Notes: a model not told the origin generated them from the sequence alone. Numbered from the stretch's first letter, positions 11,581-26,294 are shown. The stretch is DNA of 64,000 nucleotides from Octopus sinensis (GCF_006345805.1 NC_043001.1:33418001-33482000); one strand, 5' to 3'. Made by a program: numbers and translations.

Positions 11581-13479
11581 TACTGCAAAACACCGGACTA
11601 AAAACACTGTTCAGTTATGTCCGGCTCAACCCTCGTTCGTTGAAGCGACAAGAGAGTTCAATAATTTCCAGAACTCATTTACACGAAACCAGACTAGATC
11701 GAATGTCTACGTTTTGTATTGCCTGCATGGATTCACACTGTCTATATCCGTAGAGGCGCAGTGGACCAGTGGTTAGGGCAGTGGCCTAGTGGTTAGGGCA
11801 GCGGACTCACGGTCGGAGGATCGCGGTTTCGATTCCCAGACCGGGCGTTGTGTGCGTTGTATTGAGCGTAAACACCTAAAGCTCCACGAGACTGTTGTAC
11901 TCTTTCACCCCAACTTTCTCTCACTCTCTGTTTCTGTTTCTTGAGTAACGCTGCGATGGACTGGCGTCCCGTCCAGCTGGTGGGGAACACATACGCCACA
12001 GAAACCGGGAAACCGGGCCCATGAGCCAGGCTAGGCTTGAAAAGGGCGACGTTTATCGTTTATGTCTATATCCACAGCACTCAACACTGCCAATATTACT
12101 GTAATTAGGCATCAAAAACGAAGATCCACCAACGTGACAATTCTTTCTCTGTCCCCTCGCTTTCGGATGAAGATCAAGATCTGGAAAGAATATTCATTTC
12201 TCATAGCAACTAAACTTACCGAGCTCTCCATTCTACAGCACCTAAATATGTACTTCAGAATATAATCACTAAATTTAGGTGGATAGTGATTGTTAATATC
12301 GGCAAACGTCAATACAGTAAAAGCAGAGATACTCTGGCAGAAAAAAAAAGAAACGATCGAAAGTTCCGGACATTGTCCTTCGATATTTCTTTGTTCGTGT
12401 TCTTTTGTTACGAAGTTTTATGGCTAACAACCTTATAGATTAGTGCTGAGAGATATATAGAAATACTGTTATTATGAATTGTCATTGTCTTTTGGTGCCT
12501 GAATGGCAACCATGATTGCTCATTCTATAGAAGTTAACAGTGGTTTACTTTCAGCACTAGATGTTCCTGATCGATGTCATTGGTAGGTTTTCAGCTTCCA
12601 GCATCTTGTGACTTCTCTCAACCATTAGTTAACTGAATCTTCCATCAACATTCCGCATCTATTATACTGTTTCCTATTGCTTTTTATGGTGAGTATAATT
12701 TTCTCTAATTCTAGACTTCAGACCTTCCCAGCTTGGTTTAAACCTACCAAACATAAAACTCCCACCAGTAAAAATAAAAATTGAAAAGCTATAATAGAAG
12801 AAAACTTCGATGAAACCCTTCTTGGTTATAATTGTAGGTTAAATAGGGCAGCGAGCTGGCAGAATCATTAGCATGCCGGGTAAAAATGCTTAGCGCCATT
12901 TCGTCCGTCTTTACGTTCAGGGTTCAAATGCCGCCGCGGTCGACTTTACTTTTCATTCTTTCTGGGTCGATAACATAGGTACTAGTTGAGCACTGGGCTA
13001 TATTTAATCGACTTATCCCCTCCCCTGAAATTGATGACCTTGTGTCAAAATATAAAAACTATATTTGTAGGTTAAATGAAAATAATGGACGATGCAATTG
13101 TAGACCTTTAAAATTTTTAGTTTTGTTGATGATCTGAAACAGCAGCATAATTATAAAAGTTTAGGCCTAATTTCCAGATAACTCCCTCATTCTCTTCCTG
13201 CTAATATTGGAGGCTCAGAGAAAAACAAGCGCTGTCCATTTTCTATATAAAGCAATATTTAAAAAAATGGTTTCTTCTTTTAATTCTGACTCTCAGAAAT
13301 AAATGGAGACGATCCAAACGTTTATAATATATTTTTGATGGCAAAGTGACGAGAGAACATCTGTAAGAGTAATTTGGTGGACTTCGTTCTTAGAGCATCA
13401 GTTTTTTGCTGTTAGCACTCTGCTAAATAATAGCTTCAAAAGAACTTATCGATATTTCCTCTTCCCTCAACCATAACTG

Positions 13480-14650
13480 TTAAGTAAAGACTCGGGAAAG
13501 CATCTGAAAATCATAGCCTCCTTTCTCATTAAACTAATTTACAGAAGAAATTCTTGACACTTTGGAATAAACATTTCCTGACACATCATCAATATAATAA
13601 TCAACAGACTACCATGAATGTCAGCTATGCCTTCCTCTTAGTATGAAGTTCATAATAACGTCAAAGCCCCTGCCACTTGAAGACCCAAAATGTTCTTGAA
13701 GAAGAATGAATATCTTTTAGACATAACATGTAACATCAAGTCGCTTGTATGTAAGAGAGAGGTTATTTCTGCCATACTGAATCAAATGGTGAAGAAAAAA
13801 AGTTATATCGGCATGACTGAGAGCAACTCAAAGAAAGATTTTACAATCATATTTCAAACATCCAGACAACCATGACATTGATGAACCTTGTATGATCATA
13901 GACAGGCAGATAAACTGGCTATAAATCAATTTGGTGAGTTCAGAAAACTAACGTTCTATGTAATTGAATTTACGTAGCAGAAAGAATACAAATTCTTCAA
14001 GCTTAAAAGCTTCCAAGATTCTCAACTCTAGAAATGAAATTGGTACAGATGTCTTCATACAGGCCTACAAGTCCAAACTCCACCATACACTATCCTAGAA
14101 AGCTGCTTTACCACGAAAGATAACTTCTCACGTTTCTTTCTTACATATCGATTTTTTTCTTCTATAGTTTTTTTTTCGACCATGAGTTGACGTATTACAA
14201 ACTATAACTTTAATAATAATAAAAACCTACGAGATACCTAAAATGGTATTAATTTGTGGGCTATATACAGATGGTTATTACTAACACAAGCAACATCCAT
14301 CCTTATTCTTTAAATTAATTTCCTTATGAACATTTTTCATTCGTTTTCCTATCTTGACCTAAATTCCCTTCATACACCCCAATGTTCTACAAAGGAATAA
14401 ATCTGGGCAAGAGATTTTCGGAGTTACAACCCCTGGACTATACATTCGTCCTCGTTTTTCACTCATTCTTTTCTAAAAATTGTTTTGTTGCCAGTCAGGT
14501 CTGAAGAGTGCTTGAGTGTATTCTTAGCAGCTCTAACACTTTAGGAAGACTATAATTCGCACACGAAACCATTGGTAATGTACAAACTGAGTGAACATGT
14601 CATCAAAGTGAAATCTTTAAAGAAATAACCAGTCTCCACCACCCTGATAA
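13480..14650 (+). mobile_element. Decayed Penelope-like element (GIY-YIG region plus pseudo-LTR)
   Basis: Fragments KKSYIGMTE and LNSRNE, followed by a CTGAAGA...GAAAC hammerhead-like motif at 14501-14577. Confidence 0.6.
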
Positions 14651-17600
14651 ATATCAGAAAATGGAAAATTTTTAGTTTTCATCACTGGGATATTCTACCC
14701 CAAAAAATTTAATTTTTAATATTAAACTCTCTAATTAAGACAGTGAATGTTAGAATGTCTCGTGCAGGTCTCTGCTACCCAAGTTCAAATTCTACCAAGG
14801 TCAACTTTGCCTCCTTCTTTAAACTCAGTAATTAGAGTACTTATATAAAGTAACTGAAATCATCATCATCAATATCAATTTAACATCCACTTATTTATCC
14901 TTACATCCTTACATCATTCAAATGGCATTTATTGAGGAAAGTTTTCTGCAGCCAGTTATCCTCCACCTGCTGCCAAACAAGATAAGATTTCCCCAAGGCC
15001 TGACATATTTTGCAGAATATAGTAAATGAATGACAATCACATGATGCCAAGATAAGGAGACACAAACATACACATACTCACACATGTACATACATAAATA
15101 CATATATATTCAATGAGATTCTTTCAATTTCTGTCTACCACGATCACTCTTAAAGCTTTAGTCAGCTCAAATCTATAGTGGAAGATACTTGCTGAAGATG
15201 TCATACAGTGGAACTGAACCTAAAGCTATGTGGTCCAGAAGCAAAATTCTTAACTACATAGCCATGTCTGCACCAATAAATCAATAAATAAAACAGGATG
15301 GCCACAATTCTTCAGTCGGCTATTTTTGTTATAACTGTTTAAATCACTTTCACACAAACATTCAAAAAATAAAGAAAAATCATGTTTTGTTTTTGTCTTT
15401 TTCTTTCAATGGTTTCAGGGCAGTGAACTGAATCATGCTGGAGCACTGCCTTCAAGGGTGAAGTCACAAATATCAACCCAAATTGCCCAACACTTATTTT
15501 AGTGATCTTATAAAAAACAAAATATGGCAAGTTGACCATGAGTGAAAGGGGACATGACTGACAAAACGAAATACTACAAGGTATTTGCTGCATTAATTTG
15601 GTTCATCCTGTGCCAATACATGCATTTATATTCATGCATCCATATCGCCTTCAGTTTAATTAGGACCATGTGACAGGAGACATTTGCCCAAAGTTTGTTT
15701 ATTCCTATTTCGAGCCATGCCTGGCTCATAAGGGCCGGTTTCCCGGTTTCCTTGGCATATAGGTTCCCCACCTGGACAAGACACCAGTCCATTGCAGGTG
15801 AGCTCCAAGATGCAGGAGGAAAGAGAGAAAGTTGTGGCGAAAGAGTCAGCAGAAGTTCGCCATTACCTTCTGCCGGAACTGCGTGGAGCTTAGGTGTTTC
15901 GCTCTTAAACGCACACATCGCCCGGTCTGAGATTCGAACCCACGATCTCTCGACTGCGAGTCCGCTGCTCTAACCACTAGGCCATGTGCCTCCACATTTG
16001 CCCAAAGTGCCATACAATGAGGAATGGAAACATGCTTGCAAAGAACATTCAAACACACAGCCATTCTGTATTACCAATATAAAAATAAGTAATAAAAACA
16101 ATGTTAAGAAAGACCAAATTATGAATTTTAAGTTGTATTTAATCGGTTGATCATAATCCATCACAGGATTTTGAAATATAAACAAGCAGTATTACAGGTG
16201 GGTTTTGTTTTTGTTTTTTAGCTTTTTTTTTTTTTTCACTTGCCTGAAGAGAGAAAATTTTTTAAATAGTAAATATTTTCAACTAAGAAAAAAAAAACAA
16301 AAAGAAATGATCTGAAAGCAGATCTCATTTAAAAAAAAAAAAAAGAATATAATATAGGAAAAGTAGGAAATTTTATTTTGTCATAAACAAGAAAAATTAC
16401 GCAGGTGACTAATAAAACAAAACAAAATAGACGGGGAAACGTAACAAATTGAGACCCAAAATAAAATAACAGGGTTTAATACACAATTGAGCACAGCTAA
16501 TAGGCAAAACCTACATGAACGGTAACATTTGTTGACCTAGTACAGATCAATGTTCGGAGGGAATTATAAATAGAAGGGGATGAATAAAAAAAAAAAAAAG
16601 AATCAATTGCTTCTGAATATGTTTGGACAATGATGAAAAAAATATACAGACATGATTGCATGTAGGTATTTGTACATTTAACACATTTATTCATCTGTAC
16701 ATACACACGCATTAAGGTGTGACAAAAGGAAGTAGCATTTAACAGAAGTGTAATTAAAAATATGTCAAACTTTTGGAATTTGGTGTATAGGATGTGGGCA
16801 TGGCTGTGCAATTAAGAAGTTTGCTTTGCAACTACAGGATCCAAGGAGCAATCCTGCTGTAGAACCTTGGACAAGTGTCTTCTACTACAGCCTCAGTTTG
16901 ACCAGTTTTTGGCACAGAATTTATGAGAACATTGCACAGAAACCTAACTGTTTATAAATACAAATTAGGTTTGATTATTTCCTATTCATACAACATTGGA
17001 AATAACCACTGTAGTGTTAAACATGGTGAGTAGGAAAAATATTTGGAGGTAGAGAACATTGTCTGACCATGCAAGCAAGGGAAACAACTTTGAGTGTTTC
17101 TCACTTCTCACCTATTCTCAGTGGAAGTATGGTTGTTGCATGCTGGCTATTAAGTACATGTGTATCTCTTACTAAGAGAAAAAAAACCTTTGCTTTCCAA
17201 ATGAAGTCTATTGCAATACTTATTCTACGCTGAGTTGCACATGTTCCCTTGTTATTCACACCAAGAGAAATGCTGTACATCAGTGATCGTTGTAACCAGC
17301 AAAGCTATTGTTCACCAAATGTGATAAAATTATGTTGATGAGTGTCAGTTCCTACAGACAGTTAATAAAGGAATATACTGTGGTCAGCAGAATAAGCAAC
17401 GTTGCTATATTAAATATCCACAGTTGATTACTTCAGTCTGCAGTAATTGCAAACACTACCAAAGAAAAAAAAAAAACCTTTTTGTGGATCACCCATTTTT
17501 TAAGAATGTAAAAATATTTGCATGCCCTTGGTATACTGAGGGAATATTTTTGATCATTGTAACTAGTTTTAGTAAATGAAATCAGATATTTGATAAACTA

Positions 17601-17774
17601 AAACTTTAAATAAATTTAAATCATTATATATAGATAAAAATACTTAATTCACATTTCAGGATAAGCTTTAGAATTCATATCATTAACCACATTTTATTAA
17701 TTTGTTTTACAATAGTAAAAACATTTAAAAAAACAAAACCTTAAATTCTGAAGCAAATAGACAATATATTCAAA

Positions 17775-18235
17775 ATCGAAATCAAATTCGATGACTGGCA
17801 TCCATGCTGGTGGAGCACTAAGAGTACCATACGAGTGAGATCGTTGCCAGAGCAACAAGCTGGCCTCCATGCTGATGGCATGTTAAAAACACCATTCGAG
17901 CAAAATCGTTACTTGCGTCATCTTAGTACCACTTCTGCTGGTGGCACATGAAAAAACATTCATGCAAGATCGTTGCCAGTGTCACTGGACTGGCTCCCAT
18001 GCAGGTGGCACATAAAAAGCACCATTTAAGCATGGCTGTTGCCAGTACTGCCTGACTGCCCCTCGTGCCGGTGGCACATAAAAGCACCCACTACACTCTC
18101 GGAGTGGTTGGCGTTAGGAAGGGCAGCCAGATCAGATTGGAGCCTGGTGCAGCCATCTGGTTCACCAGTCCTCAGTCAAATCATCCAACCCATGCTAGCA
18201 TGGAAAGTGGACATTAAACGATGATGATGATGATG
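17775..18235 (+). mobile_element. SINE family D with internal degenerate ~60-bp repeats and an RTE-like tail ending (GAT)n
   Basis: TGGCGTTAGGAAGGGCATCCAG core, then CAACCCATGCTAGCATGGAAA...TTAAACGATGATG. Copies near 24530, 29925, 32120, 32845, 36985, 42485, 45495, 51005, 55670. Confidence 0.8.
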
Positions 18236-20450
18236 ATTCAAAATTCTTTATTGCATGGATGTATGAGCAGTATAAATGAAACAAAAGACTAAGCAGATAT
18301 AAGAATCCAGATAGATAAAAGACTGCATCATCAACAAATGGAACAATAATGGGTTTGAGACTTAATTAGCAATATCTTTTAGCTTAGGGAATTATAACAG
18401 AGTCAATAAATGTAAGCTGCCATCACAAAACCTTAGTTTCCAATGTAATTACTTTCAAAAGAAGATTCTTTACTTCAGTGGGCTATAATTAACTGAGTTG
18501 TATGCATTGTACATTAAGTGTGCATTGTCATTCAATGATATTTGCAGAGCAGCTGTGTAGATATTATTTCTCTACGGGTGACGTTTTCTGAATGATTTCA
18601 TCGCAGAAATTCTTTCACTAGACCTATTTATTTAGATGGAGCAGACTATTTCAGAGCTGAATATCTTAGCTTTGGACTATGGGCAGGTTTCAAATCAGCA
18701 GTTTGATGCCCTCTGGACATGCTTGGCCAACTGCAATTTTTAAAAACAATGACCACAAACTACTTTGAAGAATGTAGGTTACTTAAAAATATAAATAAAA
18801 ACTTGTATATTTTAGGAAACCCACAGATAGAACAAAAATTACACATCTTCAATAAATTGTCATATAGCATAAATTCTTTAAAATGTAAAGAACAAAGTTA
18901 AGAATCCACAGAGATTTTATATCCACAAAAATAAACTCAAAGCTAAAATTATATTTATGAGGAAAATAATGATTAAAAGATTTTAAAATATGTCTATGGC
19001 TTTTAAAATATGGCTGTGTGGTAAGTAGCATGCTTACCAACCACATGGTTCCAGGTTCAGTCCCATTGCGTGGCACCTTGGGCAAGTGTCTTCTACTATG
19101 GCCTCGGGCCGACCAAAGCCTTGTGAGTGGAAACTGAAAGAAGCCTGTCATATATATGTATATATATGTGTGTATACGTTTGTGTGTCTGTGTTTTTTCC
19201 CCCCAACATCGCTTGACAACCGATGCTGGTGTGTTAACGTCCCCATAACTTAGCGGTTCGGCAAACAAGACCGATAGAATAAGTACTAGGCTTACAAAGA
19301 ATAAGTCCTGGGGTCAATTTGCTCGACTAAAGGCGGTGCTCCAGCATGGCCACAGTCAAATGACTAAAACAAGTAAAAGAGTAAGCTTTATAGTAACTTT
19401 TGGCTCTCAGTGTAGAAAGAGTATATGGTACCTTTGTGTAGCTATGGCGAATATCAAGTAAGAAGAAAAAATAAAATGCATTTCCATTATACAAATCAGT
19501 TATCAGAACAAGGTGTAACAGATAGTTCACTGAAATTTCCCCTCAAAAAGACAAAAAAAAAAAAAAGGCGACCTCTTGTGAAAATAACAGCTAGTTCTTT
19601 GTGAATGAAAGATTCAATGGAGTAGATTCAGAGATTATCACATTTGGAGTTATTACATTCAGAGAGAAGAAAACAGTTCCACATGTCTTTTAAATCTCTT
19701 GTATTGTACATGTAGGATCTTATGGCAGAATCATTAGTACATTGGACAAAACATCTTGCAATAATTGTAACCTCCTTATGTTTCAGGTTCAAATCCTGCT
19801 AATAAAATAAGTACAAGTCAAGTACTGAGGTCAATATAAGCATCCGTTTCTGTCCTCCAAATTGCTGGCCTAGTACCTAAATTAGAAATTGGTGTTGTTG
19901 ATCATCACCATTATTATTATCATTACGAAATACGTAGCAGTATTTCACCCGTTGCTATGTTCTGGGTTCAAATTCCATCAAGGTCAATTTTGCCTTCATC
20001 TTTTCGGGGTCAATAAATCAAGTATCAGTGAAACACTGGGGTCCATGTAACCAACTAGCCTCCTCCCCCAAAATTTCAGGCCTTGTGCCTACAGCAGAAA
20101 AGATTATTATTATCATCATTGTTATTATTATTATTATTATTACTATTATTTTTAGCTGCAACTTCATCTTCATCTCATAACATCTGTAGGACAGGATATC
20201 ATAAGAGAGAAAGACTTAAAGCTTGAAGAGGTCACTCGACTTATATTTTGAAACATAAGTGAGTGGTATTGGTTTGTTTGAAAAACAATGAAGCACTTAG
20301 GCCTCACTACAAGATCAGAATTAATCTCTTAAGCTATGACTTGTCACAAAAGGGTTTGCCTTTTGTTATTGTTGCTTTTTTTCTCCATAACTCTTGTTTC
20401 TGCTGCTTATACATTTTGATAGTTTATGTATTTTCAATTCCTCAGACTAT

Positions 20451-20676
20451 TTAACCCTTTCGTTACCAATCCAGCTAAAACCGGCTCTGGCTCTGAGTAC
20501 AAATGTCTTGTTGTCATAAGTTTTGAATTAAAATCTTCCACCAAACCTTAGTTACAATTTATGTTCCTAGCACTAGCTGAACGATAACTAAGTTATTTTA
20601 CTAAATTCTTCGCTATATTTAAAGTAATTGAAAGAAACAGAGCATCTCAACATAAATACAGTAACAAAAGGGTTAA
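20451..20676. mobile_element. piggyBac-type MITE
   Basis: TTAA at both ends, TIRs CCCTTTCGTTAC / GTAACAAAAGGG. Copies at 53964-54191 and 62404-62615. Confidence 0.85.
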
Positions 20677-23378
20677 TAAAGAGAGGAGAGGAGAAGGTGT
20701 GGGCAATACAAGAGGGGAGCAAGAGAAAGATTTGTTTGACTATTGTGGTCAGTAGTAGGTTTATGGACAGAAGCTGAGACAGAGACAGACAGTTGGTGGA
20801 AATCAGTGATATCCATTGCATTTAGAACATGAAGCAACAATACCTTGCAATATTCGGTTAAATCACTATGTTTCGTGTTTGGATTTTTCCAGGGTTGACT
20901 TTGTTTTTCCTTCTCCTGTGGTTTAATACAAAGCGCTTGTCGGGTATTAGGGTTGATTTAACTGACTTATTCTCAAATTTCTGGCTTTGCGCCGATGCTA
21001 GAAATAATTATTGTCTTTATATATAACGCATGAGGGAGAACTAGAGGTGAGGGTATTTTCCCCATCACCTCTAATTCCTACTCTCCTTTCGAAATCTTGT
21101 GAACTCACCCACCTACCCACCTTCTCCAGTCCCAAGTCCACTCTACTAATTATATCACCCTGTAACTTGGGTGTATGACCCCTGCTCCCTCTTTGTTGTA
21201 TCATCATTTTTCTCCTCCCTCTCCATCTGAGGAAGCCATGTCTTGCTTCTAATGAAGACACTTTTCTGTCCCTCAGTATTACTCCCTTCAGTTGAGGGAG
21301 TCTTATCTTGCAAGTTACTTAGTGGCCTTACTGCTGCCGCTGGTGAAACACAAAAAGTACCCAAGGAAGGGCATCCAGCCATAGAAACCATGCCAGAGCT
21401 TGATTATAGTCTTCCAATTTGTCTGTTCATATCAAACCATCCAACTCATACCAGCATGGGAAATGGAAGATAAACAATGATGATGATGATATCACATTCA
21501 TAGTAACAATGTTATTTGCATCAATCTCACCAATCTTAGAGGACATATGAAGGTCTTGAGTACAACCTCACACTCCTGACCCAACAAAGAGAGAAACAAA
21601 AAATCAAATTAACATAAAAAAAAAACCCAACATGGAATCAAAACTAAATTGTGGATTAACTCACTTGTAGTTGTTTTATTCCCACTTACAAATCTCTAAG
21701 GGGAATCAAACAACTAAAGTGGTGTAATAATTTTGCCTAACGTCAACAAAATTGCTAAAACCAATAAAGAAGTTTCTATGCATTAGCTTGACCTGCTAAA
21801 TGTAGCAGTTCATTCTCTCTTAAACCACATCCTATTGTCTTATGAAAAAAGGAAGGACACGTTAGTTAGTATTGTTTTGAAAACGGTATGCCTGCAAAAC
21901 CAAAAACAAAAAAAAAAGATGGAATCGCCATGGCTGAAAAGCCTTTGATCATAGCTTTGTTGGATCAACATCAAATCTATGATTAAATAACACTGGAATA
22001 CACCATATTTGAGCTCTTCTCAGCTAGTGTTGACCTAGAGATAAACAATGATATTTCTATGACAACATTAAAACTCAAGTCCTAGAAGTCACTAGCTCAA
22101 TGTTGTCACCACCTTACAGTCACAATGCTCTAAATAGATAGACACATACACATAAACACAAAACTGTTATCAGAGACACACAAATTTCAAGATAGTTAAA
22201 TTTGGAAAAGGGAACATCAATAAGATAACAAGAGAAATACATGAAGCAGATATTATCAGCCAATCCCTACAAACAATATCATAAGGCTAATCTAAACCAA
22301 TTTCTTTTTACAAAGGAACACGGCCAGTTTTTTTTTATAGCAGCAGTGATACATTCAATTAACATTGACCTCAACACATTACTGGGTTATTTATATGATA
22401 TTGATCCCAAAGGAATGAAAGATAAAGCCATTCTTAACAGAATTTGCAACAAAAAGGACACAACCAAAAATATAACATAGTTATATATAATTAGTTAAGT
22501 TAGCATTAACATAATTATTACTTACAGTATCAAAATGTCTAACTAGATCCAACAACAAACAAATGAAATTATGTGATGAGGAAAAAAAAAAATAGTCATT
22601 GGATATTTTTGTTTATTTGACAAGTAGAAGAAATAACTTCCAGGGTGTTTCTAAATTATTAAGTGTCTTTTCAGTGATCTAGCACAGACTTCGCTGTATT
22701 TGCTGAAGCAGTGGTGAAAGAATCACTAAGTAAATATACAAGGTTACAGACTTAGAATAAAACTACAAATTACATTTAGGCGTATGGTGGTTAGTCCGTA
22801 TTACTCTGTAAGGAACATAGGGCTGGTTTCCTGGTTTCTCTGGCATATATATTACTCCCTGAATACTAGTCTATTGCCGGGTAACTCATTTTTACCAGCT
22901 GAGTGAACTGGAATGAAGCGAAATGAAGCATTTTGCTCAAGAACACAATGCCTTGTCCAGTCCAGTAATCAAAACCACAATCTTGCACTCCGGAGTCTAC
23001 TGCCCAAACCACTAAGCAAAGCATCTCCACTTGTTAAAAATACAGATAATATTCTTTCCTACTCAAGCAACAAGGCCCAAAATTTGGGGGGAAGGGGCCA
23101 GTCGATTACATCGACCCCAGTACTCAACTGCAACTTAATTTATCGACTCTGATAGGATGACAGGCAAAGTCGACCTCAGTGGAATTTGAACTCAGAACGT
23201 AAAGACAGATGAAATACCACCAAGCATTTCACCTGGCATGCTAACATTTCTGCCAGCTTGCCGCCTTGATAATATTAAACAATAGCTAAGTTAGAGTTAA
23301 TACATTAACTTTTGTCTATTAACACATCACCCTGGATTAATCTAAAAATTCAGAAAAAATTATAGTATAACTAACAAA

Positions 23379-24413
23379 CATTATTTACATTTGATGGATA
23401 TTTTTCCTCATCTTCTTTGCTGTTAACACAAAGTTTCGGCTGATATACACTCCAGCTTTCATCAGATGTCTTGGATAAATTTCGAACCTGGGTTCTCATT
23501 CCTAAGGTATTTTTCTATGTTATTATTATTATTATTGTTCAAGTCACTGCTTAGAATCAAACTTGGAATCTTGGGGTTAGTAGCCCGCACTCTAAACCAC
23601 TACACCATATGTCCATGGGTAATTATGGAGTGAATTTTAGCGCTTATAAATCTATCTTTCTATCCTTCCTTAATATTAGTTCCCATATGCTGCTCATATC
23701 TGCACTCAGTCTACTTAGGAGGTTGTTGTGTCCTAGCATATGTACTGCTTCTTTTAGTTATCATATTTTCCTGTGGTGTTCTCTGTCTATTATTTTAACT
23801 TCATCCCACAGAGGGAGGTGGTCTCTATTTTTCCATACATGATCAGCTATACCCAATTTATCAATATCTCCTCGTGTCACAGATTTGTGATGTTCATCTA
23901 CCCTTATTTTGAAGGGGCGGCATGTTTTGCCTTTGTATAACCTACAACAGCTGCATGGGATGGAGTACACGCAGTCTTTGGTCATATTCTCTTCTATTGG
24001 TGGTTGTACTCGAAGGAGATATTTGCAAAGTGTTGTATTACTCTTGAATACTGTCCTGCTGTCATATGGGCCACATATCTTTTGTATCTTTCTGGGGTAG
24101 ACAGACTGTGGACAGTTTATTGGCCTCATCCTCTCTCTCTTCTTCATAATTGGAATGGATAGTATACTTTTGGGGTGATTGATGCTTAACAGATCGTTAT
24201 TGAGCTTGATCATTTCTTTGTGGTGTGTATCACAATTGCTACTTATACTCTTTGCACAATGTTTTAGGCACTGAGCAATTCCCCAAGACACCTGATGAAG
24301 GCTGAAGGGTATATCAGCCAAAACACTGTGTTAACAACAAACAAGATGAGGAAAAATATCCATCAAATGTAAATAATGTACATACTTCCTCATCTCTTAA
24401 ATATAGAACTGTA
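23379..24413 (-). mobile_element. 5'-truncated Penelope-like element with GIY-YIG endonuclease remnant and inverted partial pseudo-LTR
   Basis: ORF 23761-24321 contains VYSIPCSCCRLYKGKTCRPFKIRVDEH; 23379-23474 is inverted at 24281-24378; 12-bp TSD ATAACTAACAAA at 23367 and 24414. Confidence 0.9.
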
Positions 24414-25131
24414 ATAACTAACAAAGTTGAATCGTATTCTACTCCTTTCATAGATGTTCAAATGTAAAAATAAAATATATAAATAAATATATGTATATAT
24501 ATATCGCTGACACGTTAAAATGCTCGAATCCGATCGTGACGATGCCGGACCCTCCGGCCCCTGTGCAGGTGGCACGTAAAAAGCACCCAATCCACTCACG
24601 GAGTGGTTGGCGTTAGGAAGGGCATCCAGCCGTAGAAACTCTGCCAGATTCAGACTGGAGCCTGGAGCGGCCCCTGGCTTCCCAGACCCGGTCAAACCGT
24701 CCAACCCGTGCTAGCGCGGAAAGCGGACGTTAAACGATGATGATGATGATGATGATGATATACGTTTATATTTTATTACTTACACTTATCCTCTGGAGAA
24801 AATATTTCAGAAGAAGAACCACAAGAAATATAAACAAAGAAACACATTTAACATTTGAAATAAAAATGTTTACTGTATCAAGAACTGTGACCAAGCACAG
24901 TCTGCAAGCCTTTTTGAGATGCAAAAATGTTACGTTTTTTTTACTTTTCAGTGACTTAAAGAATACATGTTCCACGTCAACATGAAGTACGATGTATTCT
25001 TGTTAGTAGAGAAAAGAACATAATAATAATAATAACAATAACAACAATGGCAACCTATTATAAAAATAGCGAATGTAGAATAGAATAGCTATACAGATAT
25101 GTGGTCACTACTACAGTTTATAACATATATC

Positions 25132-25254
<123 letters not shown>

Positions 25255-25555
25255 AGGGGAAGGAAGTAGATAAGTATAAACAAACAACACAGCTCACAGA
25301 GCAAAGAGTATTATCATTTAGTAAATAAAAAGGAGAAAAAATATTAAAGGTAAAAAAAAAAATTAACCTAACAACTCATTTCATTGGTCAAATTCCAACA
25401 TATAATAACAAAAGTACAAATGCAAAAAAAAATATAAATATAAATAATATACACAAAAAAAAAATTGGAGGGTAAAAAAAAAACAAAAAGAGAATCGACT
25501 TCAGATCTTGAAACAGTGACCAAAAGTAACAGGTCTAAGGACCTTCTCCGTAAAG

Positions 25556-25589
<34 letters not shown>

Positions 25590-26023
25590 CACCATTTTTA
25601 CTTTTTTGCTTTTTTTTTTTTCTCTATGGGATATCACAATAAAGGTTCATTTGCAGTTTCAGTTAATTGTTCTAGATAGTTTCTTCCTTAATTAGGAGAG
25701 AAACAGAAACTAACAGTTAATTAAATGAACCACATTTTAGTTTTGAATATTGGAAAACAAACTGAAAGAAAAACGTTTCAAAAAAGATAGATTATTGACT
25801 ATATTTTTTTTCCCACTGTATATATTTCTTGGCAGTACAGGTGGTGTCCATCGTTTTATTAAAATCTAACGTATTGTGTTTCTATCCATTCAAAAATCAT
25901 TAAACTAAACGAAACTAAGTTGAGACATAGACAGAGAAGAAGAGAGAAAAGATGGAAAAGAAACAGAAGATTAAGCAGAAAATGAGAAAGAGTGGTAAAG
26001 GAAGAAAAAGAAAAAAACATATC

Positions 26024-26071
<48 letters not shown>

Positions 26072-26294
26072 TTATCCATTGTCGGTATGCAAAATGCAAA
26101 TGAAAGAATAAAGAGATGAGAAATTTAAAAATAGGTAAATATTTGCAATAAACAAAAGAAAACTTGTACTCAAAGAGATTCTGCATTCTTCAACACTCAA
26201 GTAGGCAGCTTGCACCCATCGTTACATATATGCATGCACTCATACACACACACACAAGTACACATACACACAGACACACACACAAGAGTTCTGG

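Noticed and set aside
12220-12241. 22-nt microexon-like segment on the minus strand
   Set aside because: Splice motifs alone; no frame or homology support
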